NCBI GenBank assembly: GCA_012295275.1
Contig: CM022669.1
Span: forward strand, 15,562,001-15,626,000
Origin: Chrysomallon squamiferum
Taxonomy: Eukaryota; Animalia; Mollusca
Direction: 5' to 3'
DNA: 64,000 nt
The translations under genes and the position numbers were made by a program. Position 1 is the stretch's first letter; each line of letters opens with the position of its first letter. A model generated the notes under the pieces. That model saw only the letters and a list, made by a program, of their open reading frames with translations, ran no database searches and was not told the origin of the DNA. Positions 13,626 to 28,443 of the stretch are shown one piece after another.

Positions 13626-15597
13626 GTCAAATACACGCATAACATAATTATTATAAAATTTGCACTCAATAACACTTCACAAAAGCACAATTATAGCTTG
13701 TAGCTCAATACAAATAAACTAATAAATACAAATATCTAGGCAATTCATTTTCAGTCCAGATCGCTGCGACGGTCTACTGAAACCTTAAATCCTTAATAGC
13801 AGCGGTGTATTAAGAATGCAATAAAATGGTCATTCTGGTGGTTTCATTCATCAGGCCGGCTTACCTTCTAGAAACCTTCAAGATACATCTAATAAAGATT
13901 TAATTGCTACAGATCTTCATCTTCTCTCTTATTGTCCATAATCCAGCTTTGCCAAAAACCATTTTAGGGGACTGTACTGAAGGAAGATTCTAAATGCTGA
14001 TTGTAAGCGTACGAAAGTTTGGGTAATGAATGAGGAAACAGCTGCACTAAATGGCTTTAGAAGAAACGCTTTGGGCAGATAAATTGCAGAATGAAAGTGA
14101 GTTCAAATGTATGACGCCGATGAAAGAGAAGTGCAAAAAAGATCTCTCAGAATTGTTATATTTTGAGCACAAAATATCGACCCGATATTATAATGTATTA
14201 CCGAACTATCTAAGTCAGCTTCGCTAAACAGAATATTAATAAACTGATCCTGTTCCCTTTTTTTCTTCTCTACACCACTGCTAGGCCAGGCAGTACGTTC
14301 TTCTTTCTATCCGTCACTTTCTCATTCATCTATTCATCTATTCCACCAATCTAAGTTTCCATTCTTTCGTCTCTTATCTTTATCTGTCTTTCTTTGTTTC
14401 TTTCAAATTCTTCATTTCATTACTTTGCTGTTACGCATAATATTATTTTACTACATAATTTGCGATTTGTGAATTTTCCTTGGTTTTTCACTCCTCAGAA
14501 GAAAAGAAAAGAGATAATATCATCAAAAATACATTATATGTTTTGTTAAATCTGTGAATCCATTCGAATTGTACAACTCGTGTGACACGTAAGTCTTCTT
14601 ATATAAGTTCTTTATGTTTACTTAATGTGCAGCTTGGGCTTTGTACTTATACAACCAGGAAGACACTTTACTTTTCAGACAAAATGCAGTATAATCAATA
14701 ATTTGTAATGCATTTTTGAGTTTATCTATAATAATAAAAGCATACAATACTACGACTACGACTACTACTACTAGTACTTCTCTACAATTTGTTCTACAAC
14801 ATCCATAATCGCCAGCTGCTATTTCTATTTAGAAGAAGTAATAATAACCGCCATCATCGTCATCATCATCATCATTATCATCCTCCTCATCATCGTCATC
14901 ATCCTCATCTTCACTACAAACTTCACTATTTAGTTAAAAACTTCAGAAGTCGATTAAAAATGATTATTTGCTTTGGTATTTTTCTTTCTCTTGTGTTTCA
15001 AAATCTTTTTTTTTTTCTTTTGTTCGTTTGTTTATGTGTTAGTTTTTTCCTGTTCTAAGGAATATTTTGCAGTTTCACCATCCCATCGTTGACAGTATCC
15101 TGTGCTTTACGACACGTTTTATTACGAAACCTACAATACAGCTACACATTTCACCCTTTTCCAGTACACATCTCACTGAAACACCACAGCATATCGAATT
15201 TCGTGAACTTAAAGAACTAAAACCACATGCACGTACATGAAAATAAATTTCATGTGTTATTTAACTGTGATAGAATTATGGTTCATTCTGGACTTGGCTG
15301 TATGTGTCTGATAGCAGTTATCTCTTTGATGTTCAGCGAGGGATGAAATAATGATAGTTATTTTTTTAAGGTTGATTTGGTCCAAATATATTATATTATA
15401 ACATTTCCACATTTCGTTTCTCTTTTTTTTTTTTTTCTTTTTTTTTTCTTTTTTTATCCAGTATGTGCAGGTTATTTGTCTATGAAAAATGTGTTAATTG
15501 TGATATAAATCAGACTGTTCGTGTTTTACATTTGCATGAATAATTGTGTTATTATTAATATTAATGTTAATATTAATATTATTATTATTATTATTAA

Positions 15598-15631
<34 letters not shown>

Positions 15632-15885
15632 GTTGTTGTTGTTGTTGCTGTTGTTGTTGTTCTTGATGTTGTTGTTGTGGTTGTTGTTGTTGTTCTTATT
15701 GTTATTGTTACTGTTGTTGTCATCAATGTTGTTATCTTATCATGAAGATGACGAAGGCGAATTAAACTAACCTAAACTGTAACACATATAAAAAAAATAT
15801 ATATAATAAACTTACAATAAACTATTATTTAAAATTCCGTTTTCGTTTCAATATCCATCAACATATTTATTTTCGAATTTTTTTA

Positions 15886-15927
<42 letters not shown>

Positions 15928-16296
15928 GTTTCACAATATTTCTCATTCACATGTCTTTCTTTCTTTTCTTTTTCTTTTTTTCAATTATAAAAACACTCCC
16001 ACATACCCGAATAACAAGCATAACGTTTTCACACATATGTTCAAAAACAAAACAAATTTAGTCTTCATTAAAACGTCATACGCAAAGATTGTTATCCGGT
16101 TCGGCCTCTTTAATCTCGGTTATCTATGATGTTTTTCCTCCTTGAAGAAATATCATTAACACGCAAAACACATTATTAATTATCTTTTAATGGTTTTATA
16201 ACCTGAATACATTTTAGCATAATAATGTTAGAATCGTCGATGGTACATATTGTGCGTAACTTACACGCTACATCGTATTTGTATTTAAGACCATCG

Positions 16297-16357
<61 letters not shown>

Positions 16358-17133
16358 CGAAGATGATGATGATGATGGTTAAAATATTTGTCGTTATATT
16401 AATTATCGCCATATATAAAAGAGTTGCTGTTGCTGAAATAGTCGTACCAAAACGTAATGTCGTACCAAAACGTACCAAAGCGCAACGTCATGGTAATGGT
16501 GTGAGTTGTGAGAAAAACAATTAATGGTAATAATAATCATAGCAATAACAGTGGTAATAACACAGCAGTAGTTTTGTATAGATAGTAATATTTATTCAGT
16601 AATAGTAACAGCTGTAGTTACAGTAATAAAGTATTATTGTTTATGGATTCGATTTCTTTCATCTTTCTGTAGCTGTTGTTAAAGACACAAGGAATAATTC
16701 TTACTGGTTTTCAGACATTTATAATGTAAAAAATTAACATGAACATTTTAATGGGCGAATATAGAAGCGCTGGTCCAATAATCCATGATACAGTAAATAA
16801 AATAAAATAAATAAATAAAATAAATAAATAAAATAAATAAATAAAATAAATAAATCCGATTCATTTTATCGTAACTTCTTTATCTTATCGACGTTGTCGT
16901 TGTTTGTTGCTGTCTTCCTTCGTTGGTTCGTCTGTATGTCTCATTGAGTATTCGCTAGAAACGTAAATATTGTGTACATTTTTAAATACATTTTGTTGAC
17001 TCATATACTATTTAGCTATAAAGACTGACTACAATGAGCTTATTTACAATATTTTATTTCAATTTGGAACGGATGTCTAAGACAAAATAATTCTAAATGA
17101 AAACAAAAGAAATAGAGTGTGTTTGTGTGAAAT

Positions 17134-17239
<106 letters not shown>

Positions 17240-18280
17240 GCGAGTGAGAGAGATTAATGTCTGTTTACCAAGTAAGAATGTTGTAATGATTTATTGCTCG
17301 TTTTTTTTTTTCTTTTCTTTTCTTTTCCTTTAAAAATTATGGAGGATACATTTTATATCGCATTTTAGATTAATAGGGTTTCTATGCACTATTGATTCTG
17401 AGAAAAACTAATTTTTGTGGGGGGGGGAAGGATATACAAGAAGCACTTGTGGTGCAAAACCTTGAAAACAAATGAGAAGAGTCAGAATTAAGGATTCTGT
17501 AACAAAATATATGACTTGTGATAAAGTCTTGCTGGCATATCTCTCTTTCCTTATTTTTTCTTGGTTTCTCGAGTCACGTTTCACGATAGAATAGTTAAAA
17601 GTCACTGAAGACAGTCCAAAAGTTCTGAGTTTCTTTTCTTTCTTTTATTCTTTTTTTTTTTTTTTTTTTTTTTTTTAAGGCTACTTTGTTTTAAGGCTAC
17701 TTAATATAATTGCTGTCGTTATTACAACAGATGTAAGTAGGTTTGGCTTTTCCTTGGTTTTTCAATCAGAAAGTTTTAGTACAAATCAGAGGAATCGTGT
17801 TGACAAGGAATCAAAGGCCATCATCATTTCATTAACAACCACGAAGTAAGACTAGAGTCACGGATCCCGTCTTGTTAACGTCTGACTGTTTTACCAGAGA
17901 TTAAATAACATTCTCAAGAGTCGTGTAAAGAAAACTTTCATTCGATTTCACTTAACAAAGATCGACAAGATCGGTGGCGAAAGATTAAACCATCCTTCTG
18001 AAACGAGAATTGTGCGCGATCGCTTCGACCAGTGTCTGTACACGTTAATAAAATGATCGATTCATCGATTTATCTGGAGTGTGAGTTTGTTAATGCAGAT
18101 AATCAAGTGACTTCTTTCCTGGCCGTCTGTGTGTTCTGAACTGACTTGCAGCTCAGTAGACTAAATATTTTTGTTTTCTGAAGCATTCATCCATTCTTTC
18201 GTTCGGGACAGTTTATCTCAGAATTAGAACTGTTATTTTTTTAATCGATCTATATCTCTTTGTGGGTGTTTGTTTGTGTT

Positions 18281-18346
<66 letters not shown>

Positions 18347-19534
18347 TTTATATTACATCAAACAAGTGAGACAGAAAGAACAGAGAATTAAAAAATGTTA
18401 ACAACCTCAAACCAAACAATACCAACTACAACAACAAAAATAAATAAGTAAGTAAATGAATAAATAAATAATAATAAAAATAGTAGTAATAATAATATAA
18501 CAACAATAATAATCATAATAAATTTCACACATATAGAACAGCAAACAAATTCGAGTCGAAATGCTTTTTGTATTTTATTCCCCCATTACCTTCAACCATC
18601 AAACTCATATCAGCACTTAATCGAATCAAAGGATATACATTTTTGCATCCCTTAGCTTTGCAGTTTACACTGAATACAACTGTTCTGCTTGCAAAGAAAG
18701 ACGCTGGATTTCTCAGATTTCCGTTCCTGTCACGGAATAAGTACTTATTATCAGAAGCGACTGCTAATAGTCAGTTTGAAGGAAGACGTCACCATTACGT
18801 GGATCGCAAGGCTACCAACAGTGCCGAAGGACAATACACACTATTCTTCTCGGCTGGATTTCCTCCGTATTACAGAAACTGGAAACGAAAGAACAACATA
18901 ACGAGCAGAGACCACCAAGATCATGCAGGGAAACTGCAACCTTGAACTCGTGTTTACATTACACAGCCTCTGGGAGAACTGCTACATTTAATAGAATCGC
19001 CACTTTATCGAAACGGGTATTTAGAAATGTCACGTGGTGTGATTGCGCCTTTATTCAGCCGATCTGAAACAGAGATTTGTATCTGCGATGCCCATTTATT
19101 GTATCTTGGGTTGAAATTGGAGGTCTGTGCAGAGGTTACTTCCATAAATAGTATCAAAAAATGCGGAAATATTTACATGTTTAGATTTCATGCCCTCCGG
19201 TCGTTTGTTAAATGTTATCATCGGTAACAATTAGGTAGCGTTTTATATATAGTCATAGCTACATGTACATAAACATAACTAGATACAGTGTTATCACGTT
19301 TATTCGTCATTTCTTTCTTTCTTTCTTTTGTTTTTGCTTTTTCATTTTTTCTCTCTCTCTTTCTTTTTATGCCCCTTAATTCTTTTTCTTCTGTTTGTAG
19401 TAGAAAACACATTTTTATCCGTCTTTTTTTTTTTTTCTGTTGTACATATTAATTTTTTTTTTTTTTTTTTTTTATTATTATTTTGTCCATCTGTTAAAGA
19501 GAATAAATAAATAAATAAATAAATAAATAAATTA

Positions 19535-19573
<39 letters not shown>

Positions 19574-19909
19574 CAGAAAAAAAGAAGAAAAAAAAAAAAG
19601 AGTAAACAAATTCTTATATTTAGTGATAGCAATACCAAAAGAAAAAGGAAAAACGTAAGGATATAACTATTAGCATGACCCTTGTGTACCTAATAACGAT
19701 TGCTGAGAATTCTTGTACAAGCATCTTTCATGTTCAGATTTAGCTTTGGGCGGTCACCATTACGGATATGATATTTATTAAAGCGAACTTCAACTAATAT
19801 TACCTTTAACAGCTAGAGTTAAACACTGAAGAAGACACCAAATAAAAGGCTATGAGAATGAAACGAACCAAAATAGACACTGGCATTTTGAAGGAAGACG
19901 TCAGCAGAC

Positions 19910-19950
<41 letters not shown>

Positions 19951-19953
19951 CAG

Positions 19954-20043
<90 letters not shown>

Positions 20044-20229
20044 GAACAACCTGGTGGCAGTCTTATATATACATACAAATACACACATACACACAGATAT
20101 ATATATATATATATACACATACACACACACATATATATATACATACAACACATATGTATATGCATATAAATGTGTCAAGTTTAAATGTTGCTATAACTTT
20201 AATTTTCGAACTAAACAGAAATAAACACA

Positions 20230-20267
<38 letters not shown>

Positions 20268-20631
20268 TGTTCTGGAAAAAAAAAAGTCTTATTTATTTAA
20301 TATTATTATTTTCATTCAGTAGCTAAGTATGCCGGTGTCGTTCCTCTAACAATATTTTATTTCAAACTATGTCGAATACTAGCAGACAAACGTGTTGTCC
20401 TACTTTTTATTTAAAAAAGAAAAGAAGAAAAAAAAGAAGAAAAAGAGGGTCTTAGAACAGTTATTTGTAAGTGAAGGATGGACAGCAAACACGAGCAGCA
20501 AGATGTCATAAATTACAGTTAATCTCTTTGGTAAGCCATTGTGTGGAAAAGAATATAATAACATGAACAGCCCGGCGGCAGTCTTTCTTCCAAGACGAGG
20601 AGCAAACGGAGCGAGAAACATAGGCTGCGAT

Positions 20632-20662
20632 CACACACAACACACACACACACACACAAACA

Positions 20663-20700
<38 letters not shown>

Positions 20701-21167
20701 AACACACACACACAAACACAAACACAAACACAGACACATACACACACAAACACACACACACAGACACACACACAGACACACAAAACACACACAAACACAA
20801 ACACAAACAAAAACACACAGACACACACAAACACACACAGACACACACACAAACACACACAGACACACACACAAACAGAAACACAAACACACACACAAAC
20901 ACACACACAAACATACACACACAGACAGACACACACAGACACACACAAACACACACACATACACACACAGACACACACAAACACACAGACATACACACAC
21001 AAACACACACACAGACACACACACAAACACACACACACACACACACATACACACACAGACACAGAAACACACACACAAACATACACAAACACACACACAC
21101 AAACACACACATACACACACAGACAAACACACACACACAAACACACACCAACAGAAACACACACACA
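20632..21167 (+). repeat. Long compound (AC)n-derived low-complexity tract
   Basis: Interrupted CA repeats (CACACA/CAAACA/CAGACA). Confidence 0.95.
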
Positions 21168-22912
21168 TGGATAAAGAATTACATAATAATATATAAAGAT
21201 AAGACACGAAAATTAAAATTCACATACTGCTACTGCCATCATTATTAATAGTAATTCTACTACTACTAGTACTACTACTACTACTACTACTACTATTACT
21301 AGTACTGCTACTACAGCTACTACAGCTGCTACTTCAATTATTACTTCTATAATAACGACTGTCCCCGTTGCTGACTTTGACTTTGTTGGTGTGACTAATA
21401 TTAATACCATTGTTATTATTCTTTCATCGTTGTCTTTCTTGGGGATTATATCCATTATCCAGATAATCGTACGCGTCTCTTTGTTTGCGTACGTTGACCG
21501 TCTGGTGCACTTTTTCGTTCAAAGTAACTGATAGATTAATTTATTTATTTATTTATTTATTTATTAACGTATTTTTTTTTTTTTTTTTTTTTTTACTTAA
21601 AGTCTCTTTTAGATCGGCATTTGCCAAAACAAAGCATTTCTTATGTTAAAAGCCAAAGTCTAAAAGTCTCTAAGAATGACGACGTACAAATAATTACTTA
21701 CATTTACACTCACACACACTTACATCCCAAATGTAATTAGTCCATTATTAATGTAATCTGTCTGTGTTTGTTCTTATTTTTGTTCCGCCATTTTTGTTTC
21801 TTATCTTATATTCCTTTTTAAAAAAATAAAACTCGATGCTGAAGTTTGTTTTAGAAAAGTGCATTATTTTCCTTTTTTTTTCTTTTTTTCATTGAATACA
21901 ACGGCATTTAATAGAATATGCTTTTTCTGAGCTTTTAATGGTAAACAGCAAACATCTGCCTGGTGTAGGTGTTTGAAATGTTTATGATTAAATGACATTA
22001 AAATGATACAACGCAACAATGTTAACAATAAAAGGCAATGAAAAAGGTAACATATAAGAAGAGAACCATACGATTTATTGTTTCTGTTACTGTTAGCAAA
22101 TGTTAAGTAACTGTTGTATCGGCTCGAATCCTCGGATTATTCTACATTAGAATATTAAAACAGTGGTGTTCTTTTTGTTTACATTTAGCATTAAATATCT
22201 TCACGTTACTGTATCTGAAGAGTTAAACCCCCTTGCCCCAGGACCCCAAGTTTAGTTACGGCTCAATGCCGCCAGTCTACCCCCGTCATTACTGTTTTAC
22301 TCCAGTTTTGTTACCAGTAATCAAATAAATTTTTCCCATTCACTCTCAGAATATTCAATAAAGCATCTAAAAAAAGTTGGCTGCACGGCCTCGTAATATT
22401 ATCAAGGCACGCATTTCCCTCGGTAAACCAACAGAAAAATAGCGATACTGGCGAGAAAGTCGTTACGCATCAACCGTCAAAATGTTTAAACATGCATGCG
22501 ACATTTACTGCTAAGTACATTACGCTGTTCGTGTGGAGAATGGCTGAATTTCACATCTGCAGCATGGGCTCTGAAATCAATGTTTTCCTGTCGGTGTGAA
22601 ATTCACGAGGATGTTGTGCTAATAATTTTAGTCAGCTACTGGATGAGGTCAAAAGTTTGAAACCCTCCAATTGACGGATCAGTTCAAAAGCGTGCAGGTT
22701 TTTTTTTTTTTTTTTTTTTTTGGTTTTTTCTGTGTAATTAAAGTCATAACGAAATGCAGCTGTCATTAGAATTTCGCATTTTTTTAATTTTTATATTTAT
22801 TTTGTTTATTTACTTATTTTTTTTGATATCGATCAAAATGTTTATTATTGGGCTGGCGAACTTGAAATAAAATGTTTATTAACTTACGAAAAAACGAAAT
22901 TACAAAAAGAAA

Positions 22913-22962
<50 letters not shown>

Positions 22963-24947
22963 AATACAGTGAAAGTAAACAAAAATAAAATAATAAACAA
23001 ACCATCAGTTTTAGAAACGCAGTTGAAAATCTCTTTAACAGCAGAGTTATTTCCCTTTACCAATCAGTTTTACTAAACTCGTTGTTTGCAGATAACGTTT
23101 TCTGTTCCCGATTTCCAGTTATATACGTTTGTTCCATCATTTATTCATTAGATTTTGATTTCCTCATTCATTCATTCAGAGAGGAAAAACATTTTCCACA
23201 TAATTATTATGGGGAACTAGTGTTCTCGTCTGCAGCGAGGTTAATCTTCGATAACGAACGATACATTCTCGTTCCCAAAAATGTCGATAAGATATCGCTG
23301 GAGTGCAGAGAAAAAAAGGGGCGAGTCAGAGCATCCATTTCAGGGGAGCATTCGGTCAAAGACTGAAATTATCTTTCTTAACTTCGTTGTACAATATGGC
23401 TACGCATTTCTCAGAACGAGGCTCCTATACTCACAAAATCTAGGAATCCCCTCCAGGTCACAAACTCTTGTTATATTTTTGTTTGACGTCTCAAAATGTA
23501 CTTTACTGATTTTCTTCCTGTTTTCTTTTTCTTTCTTTATTTCGTTTTCTTCCTCTTAATCATTAAATCCATTTATTTATTTATTTATTTATTTATGTCG
23601 CTGAACTTTTATTTGTCGTGATATCAGACTTTTATTTGGTGTGATATCAGACAGCTGGCATCTCTGTATTGTTCATTTAGTAGCACTTGAAGGTCGTTGT
23701 GTCCGCAGCATAATAGGAATGTGCCAGTAGGTGTCTTTCCTTATCTAAAGTTAATGATGACACACATATAGACATGTGCCGGTCAAGTTTTTATCTAAAT
23801 ATATATATATAAACGATACATGTATTAATTTTTACGACAGAAATACAACTCTGTTGTATGACTTCACCTAATGTATGTCCTAGGGTATATATAAATACGA
23901 CGGGTGTGTCTGTGCGTGTGGGTACTGTGTATGTGTGTGCAAAGCGATTCAACATCAACCATTGAATGCATAAATTATCACTAGCGTTTGAAATTATAAT
24001 AATAATTAAATTTGAAATTTTTACTAAAAGTAATATTAAATACAAGAAAAATGAACTGATATGATGATTTTATTCTTTAAATTATTGCTTTTTTAAGTGT
24101 TTTTTTTTTAAATTCATTTCTTTAATGTTATTTCTTCTTCTTCTTCTTCTTCTTCTTTTTTATTTATTTATTTATTTTATTTATAACACAAACTAAAAGT
24201 ACTTTCACATTTTAATTAATCTTTTTCGATGCTCTCCAACCATTTTCAAAGCAGACATTTGCATTCATTCATATTTTATCTGTCAGATATTCCATGCTCG
24301 ATAACTCATTTCAGATCAAATTATAATCACTCGTATTAAGTCCTGAACACCTGGAGTGAGACAAGGTGTACTACTTCGACCCATTCTGATAATAACAGCC
24401 GTTTGAAAAATCTATCACTTTAGTTCTTAGTCAGATAGCGTGGCCGTGACTCATTTCGAACTGAACAAAACAGAACGCACGTGTGCAGATACATTTTTTT
24501 CCTTTTTTATAATTCACACTGAACGATCAGTTATAAACTGTGGTGGTTTTATTACTATTATTATTTTAATTGTGTCGACACAAGAGCTGGTCTCTTCTTG
24601 TTATGTATTTGTTCTGGGTTAAAAGCTCGTTACGTAGAAATGTTATTATTAGCAAATATATATATTTAGACGTCTGCGTTCTTTACGGAGGAATTATTTA
24701 GGCTGCTTGGTATTGATCGGTGTTAAAATAAAAAATAAAAAAATTCAAATAAAAAATAAGATAAATTAAAAAAAGTAAAAACTTATATTAACAGTGTGTA
24801 TGTTATTCATATATGTAGATATGTTCGTACGTACGTGTGCACATGTGTATATATATACACATCTATGTACGTAAGTATGTACGTATGCAAAAGAGTATGT
24901 ACATATGTATATGTATGTGTGCGCATGCATGCATCTGCATTCAAAAA

Positions 24948-24978
<31 letters not shown>

Positions 24979-24984
24979 GAAACG

Positions 24985-27900
24985 TAAAACAGTGGGAGAA
25001 AGTGCAGAGTGGTTTGTTGTAGGGTTAATTGTATTAGTGGTTTGTTGTAGGGTTAACTGTATTAGTGGTTTGTTGTAGGGTTAACTGTATTAGAGGTTTG
25101 TTGTAGGGTTAACTGTATTAGAGGTTTGTTGTAGGGTTAACTGTATTAGAGGTTTGTTGTAGGGTTAACTGTATTAGAGGTTTGTTGTAGGGTTAACTGT
25201 ATTAGAGGTTTGTTTAGGGACTGTTTGTTTGTAGGGTTAACTGTATTAGAGGTTTGTTGTAGGGTTAACTGTATTAGAGGTTTGTTGTAGGGTTAACTGT
25301 ATTAGAGGTTTGTTGTAGGGGTTAACTGTATTAGAGGTTTGTTGTAGGGTTAACTGTATTAGAGGTTTGTTGTAGGGTTAACTGTATTAGAGGTTTGTTG
25401 TAGGGTTAACTGTATTAGAGGTTTGTTGTAGGGTTAACTGTATTAGAGGTTTGTTGTAGGGTTAACTGTATTAGAGGTTTGTTGTAGGGTTAACTGTATT
25501 AGAGGTTTGTTGTAGGGTTAACTGTATTAGAGGTTTGTTGTAGGGTTAACTGTATTAGAGGTTTGTTGTAGGGTTAACTGTATTAGAGGTTTGTTTTGTT
25601 GTAGGGTTAACTGTATTAGAGGAGGTTTTTGTTAACTGTATTAGAGGTTTGTTGTAGGGTGGTTTGTTAACTGTATTAGTGGTTTGTTGTAGGGTTAACT
25701 GTATTAGAGGTTTGTTGTAGGGTTAACTGTATTAGAGGTTTGTTGTAGGGTTAATTGTATTAGTGGTTTGTTGTAGGGTTAACTGTATTAGAGGTTTGTT
25801 GTAGGGTTAACTGTATTAGAGGTTTGTTGTATTAGTGGTTTGTTGTAGGGTTAACTGTATTAGTGGTTTGTTGTAGGGTTAACTGTATTAGAGGTTTGTT
25901 GTAGGGTTAACTGTATTAGAGGTTTGTTGTAGGGTTAACTGTATTAGTGGTTTGTTGTAGGGTTAATTGTATTAGTGGTTTGTTGTAGGGTTAACTGTAT
26001 TAGAGGTTTGTTGTAGGGTTAACTGTATTAGAGGTTTGTTGTAGGGTTAACTGTATTAGAGGTTTGTTGTAGGGTTAACTGTATTAGAGGTTTGTTGTAG
26101 GGTTAACTGTATTAGAGGTTTGTTGTAGGGTTAATTGTATTAGTGGTTTGTTGTAGGGTTAACTGTATTAGAGGTTTGTTGTAGGGTTAACTGTATTAGT
26201 GGTTTGTTGTATTAGTGGTTTGTTGTAGGGTTAACTGTATTAGAGGTTTGTTGTAGGGTTAACTGTATTAGTGGTTTGTTGTATTAGTGGTTTGTTGTAG
26301 GGTTAACTGTATTAGAGGTTTGTTGTAGGGTTAACTGTATTAGAGGTTTGTTGTAGGGGTTAACTGTATTAGAGGTTTGTTGTAGGGTTAACTGTATTAG
26401 AGGTTTGTTGTAGGGTTAATTAGAGGTTTTGTTGTAGGGTTAACTGTATTAGTAGGTGGTTTTGTTGTTTGGTTTGTTGTAGGGTTAACTGTATTAGTGG
26501 TTTGTTGTAGGGTTTTGTTGTTGTACTGTATTAGTGGTTTAGGGGTTAACTGTATTAGTGGTTTGTTGTAGGGTTAACTGTATTAGAGGTTTGTTGTAGG
26601 GTTAACTGTATTAGTGGTTTGTTGTATTAGTGGTTTGTTGTAGGGTTAACTGTATTAGAGGTTTGTTGTAGGGTTAACTGTATTAGAGGGTTAACTGTTT
26701 AGAGGTTTGTTGTAGGGTTAACTGTATTAGAGGTGGTTTGTTGTAGGTTTGTATTAGAGGTTTGTTTAGGGTTTATTAGTGGTTTGTTGTAGGGTTAACT
26801 TAATTAGTGTTTTAGAGGTTTGTTGTAGGGTTAACTGTATTAGAGGTTTGTTGTAGGGTTAACTGTATTAGAGGTTTGTTGTAGGGTTAACTGTATTAGA
26901 GGTTTGTTGTAGGGTTAACTGTATTAGAGGTTTGTTGTAGGGTTAACTGTATTAGAGGTTTGTTGTAGGGTTAACTGTATTAGAGGTTTGTTGTAGGGTT
27001 AACTGTATTAGAGGTTTGTTGTAGGGTTAACTGTATTAGTGGTTTGTTGTAGGGTTAACTGTATTAGAGGTTTGTTGTAGGGTTAACTGTATTAGAGGTT
27101 TGTTGTTGTGGTTTGTTGGGTTAACTGTATTAGAGGTTTGTTGTAGGGTTAACTGTATTAGAGGTTTGTTGTAGGGTTAACTGTATTAGAGGTTTGTTGT
27201 AGGGTTAACTGTATTAGAGGTTTGTTGTAGGGTTAACTGTATTAGAGGTTTGTTGTAGGGTTAACTGGGTTAATTGTATTAGTGGTTTGTTGTAGGGTTA
27301 ACTGTATTAGAGGTTTGTTGTAGGGTTAACTGTATTAGAGGTTTGTTGTAGGGTTAACTGTATTAGAGGTTTGTTGTAGGGTTAACTGTATTAGTGGTTT
27401 GTTGTAGGGTTAACTGTATTAGATGGTTTGTTGTAGGGTTAACTGTATTAGAGGTTTGTTGTAGGGTTAACTGTATTAGAGGTTTGTTGTAGGGTTAATT
27501 GTATTAGAGGTTTGTTGTAGGGTTAATTGTATTAGTGGTTTGTTGTAGGGTTAACTGTATTAGAGGTTTGTTGTATTAGTGGTTTGTTGTAGGGTTAACT
27601 GTATTAGAGGTTTGTTGTAGGGTTAACTGTATTAGAGGTTTGTTGTAGGGTTAACTGTATTAGAGGTTTGTTGTAGGGTTAACTGTATTAGTGGTTTGTT
27701 GTAGGGTTAACTGTATTAGAGGTTTGTTGTAGGGTTAAGGTTTGTTTAGGGTTTGTAGAGGTTTGTTGTAGGGTTTATTAGAGGTTTGTTGTAGGGTTAA
27801 CTGTATTAGAAGTTTGTTGTAGGGTTAACTGTATTAGAGGTTTGTTGTAGGGTTAACTGTATTAGAGGTTTGTTGTAGGGTTAACTGTATTAGAGGTTTG

Positions 27901-28443
27901 TTGTAGGGTTAATTGTATTAGTGGTTTGTTGTAGGGTTAACTGTATTAGAGGTTTGTTGTAGGGTTAATTGTATTAATGGTTTGTTGTAGGGTTAACTGT
28001 ATTAGTGGTTTGTTGTAGGGTTAACTGTATTAGAGGTTTGTTGTAGGGTTAACTGTATTAGGTGGTTTGTTGTAGGGGTATTAAGGTTTGTTGTAGGGTT
28101 AATTATTGGTTTGTTGTAGGGTTAACTGTATTAGATTGTATTAGTGGTTTGTTGTAGGGTTAATTGTATTTAGGTTTGTTTGTTGTGGTTTGTTGGGTTA
28201 ATTGTATTAGAGTTTGTTGTAGGGGTTAACTGTATTAAGGGTTTGTATTAGGTTAATTGTATTAGAGGTTTGTTGTAGGGTTAACTGTATTAGATGTTTG
28301 TTGTAGGGTTAATTGTATTAATGGTTTGTTGTAGGGTTAATTGTATTAGTGGTTTGTTGTAGGGTTAACTGTATTAGTGGTTTGTCGTAGGGTTAATTGC
28401 ATTATGGTTCATTTCAGTACAGCGATTCGGAGATTCCCAACTC
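24985..28443 (+). pseudogene. Inverted, internally deleted relic of the orphan gene's 5' region, hosting the satellite
   Basis: 24985-25040 is the reverse complement of 31402-31457. 28406-28420 approximates the reverse complement of 31388-31402. 28417-28443 is the reverse complement of 31139-31165 (26/27 identical; codons YSDSEIPNS). Confidence 0.75.
25011..28404 (+). repeat. Satellite/minisatellite array, 28-bp unit GGTTTGTTGTAGGGTTAACTGTATTAGA, roughly 120 copies
   Basis: Directly visible period of 28. Variants include TAGTGG/TAGAGG and TTAATT/TTAACT, plus scattered truncated units. Confidence 0.97.

Noticed and set aside
13740-14110. Possible decayed LINE/RTE reverse-transcriptase fragment (KVWVMNEETAALNGF..)
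   Set aside because: The resemblance is vague and broken by stops. It cannot be supported without a profile search.
25011-28404. Interstitial telomere (TAGGGTT in each unit)
   Set aside because: The unit is 28 bp with GTAGGG rather than tandem TTAGGG, and it derives from a local single-copy sequence at 31402-31434.
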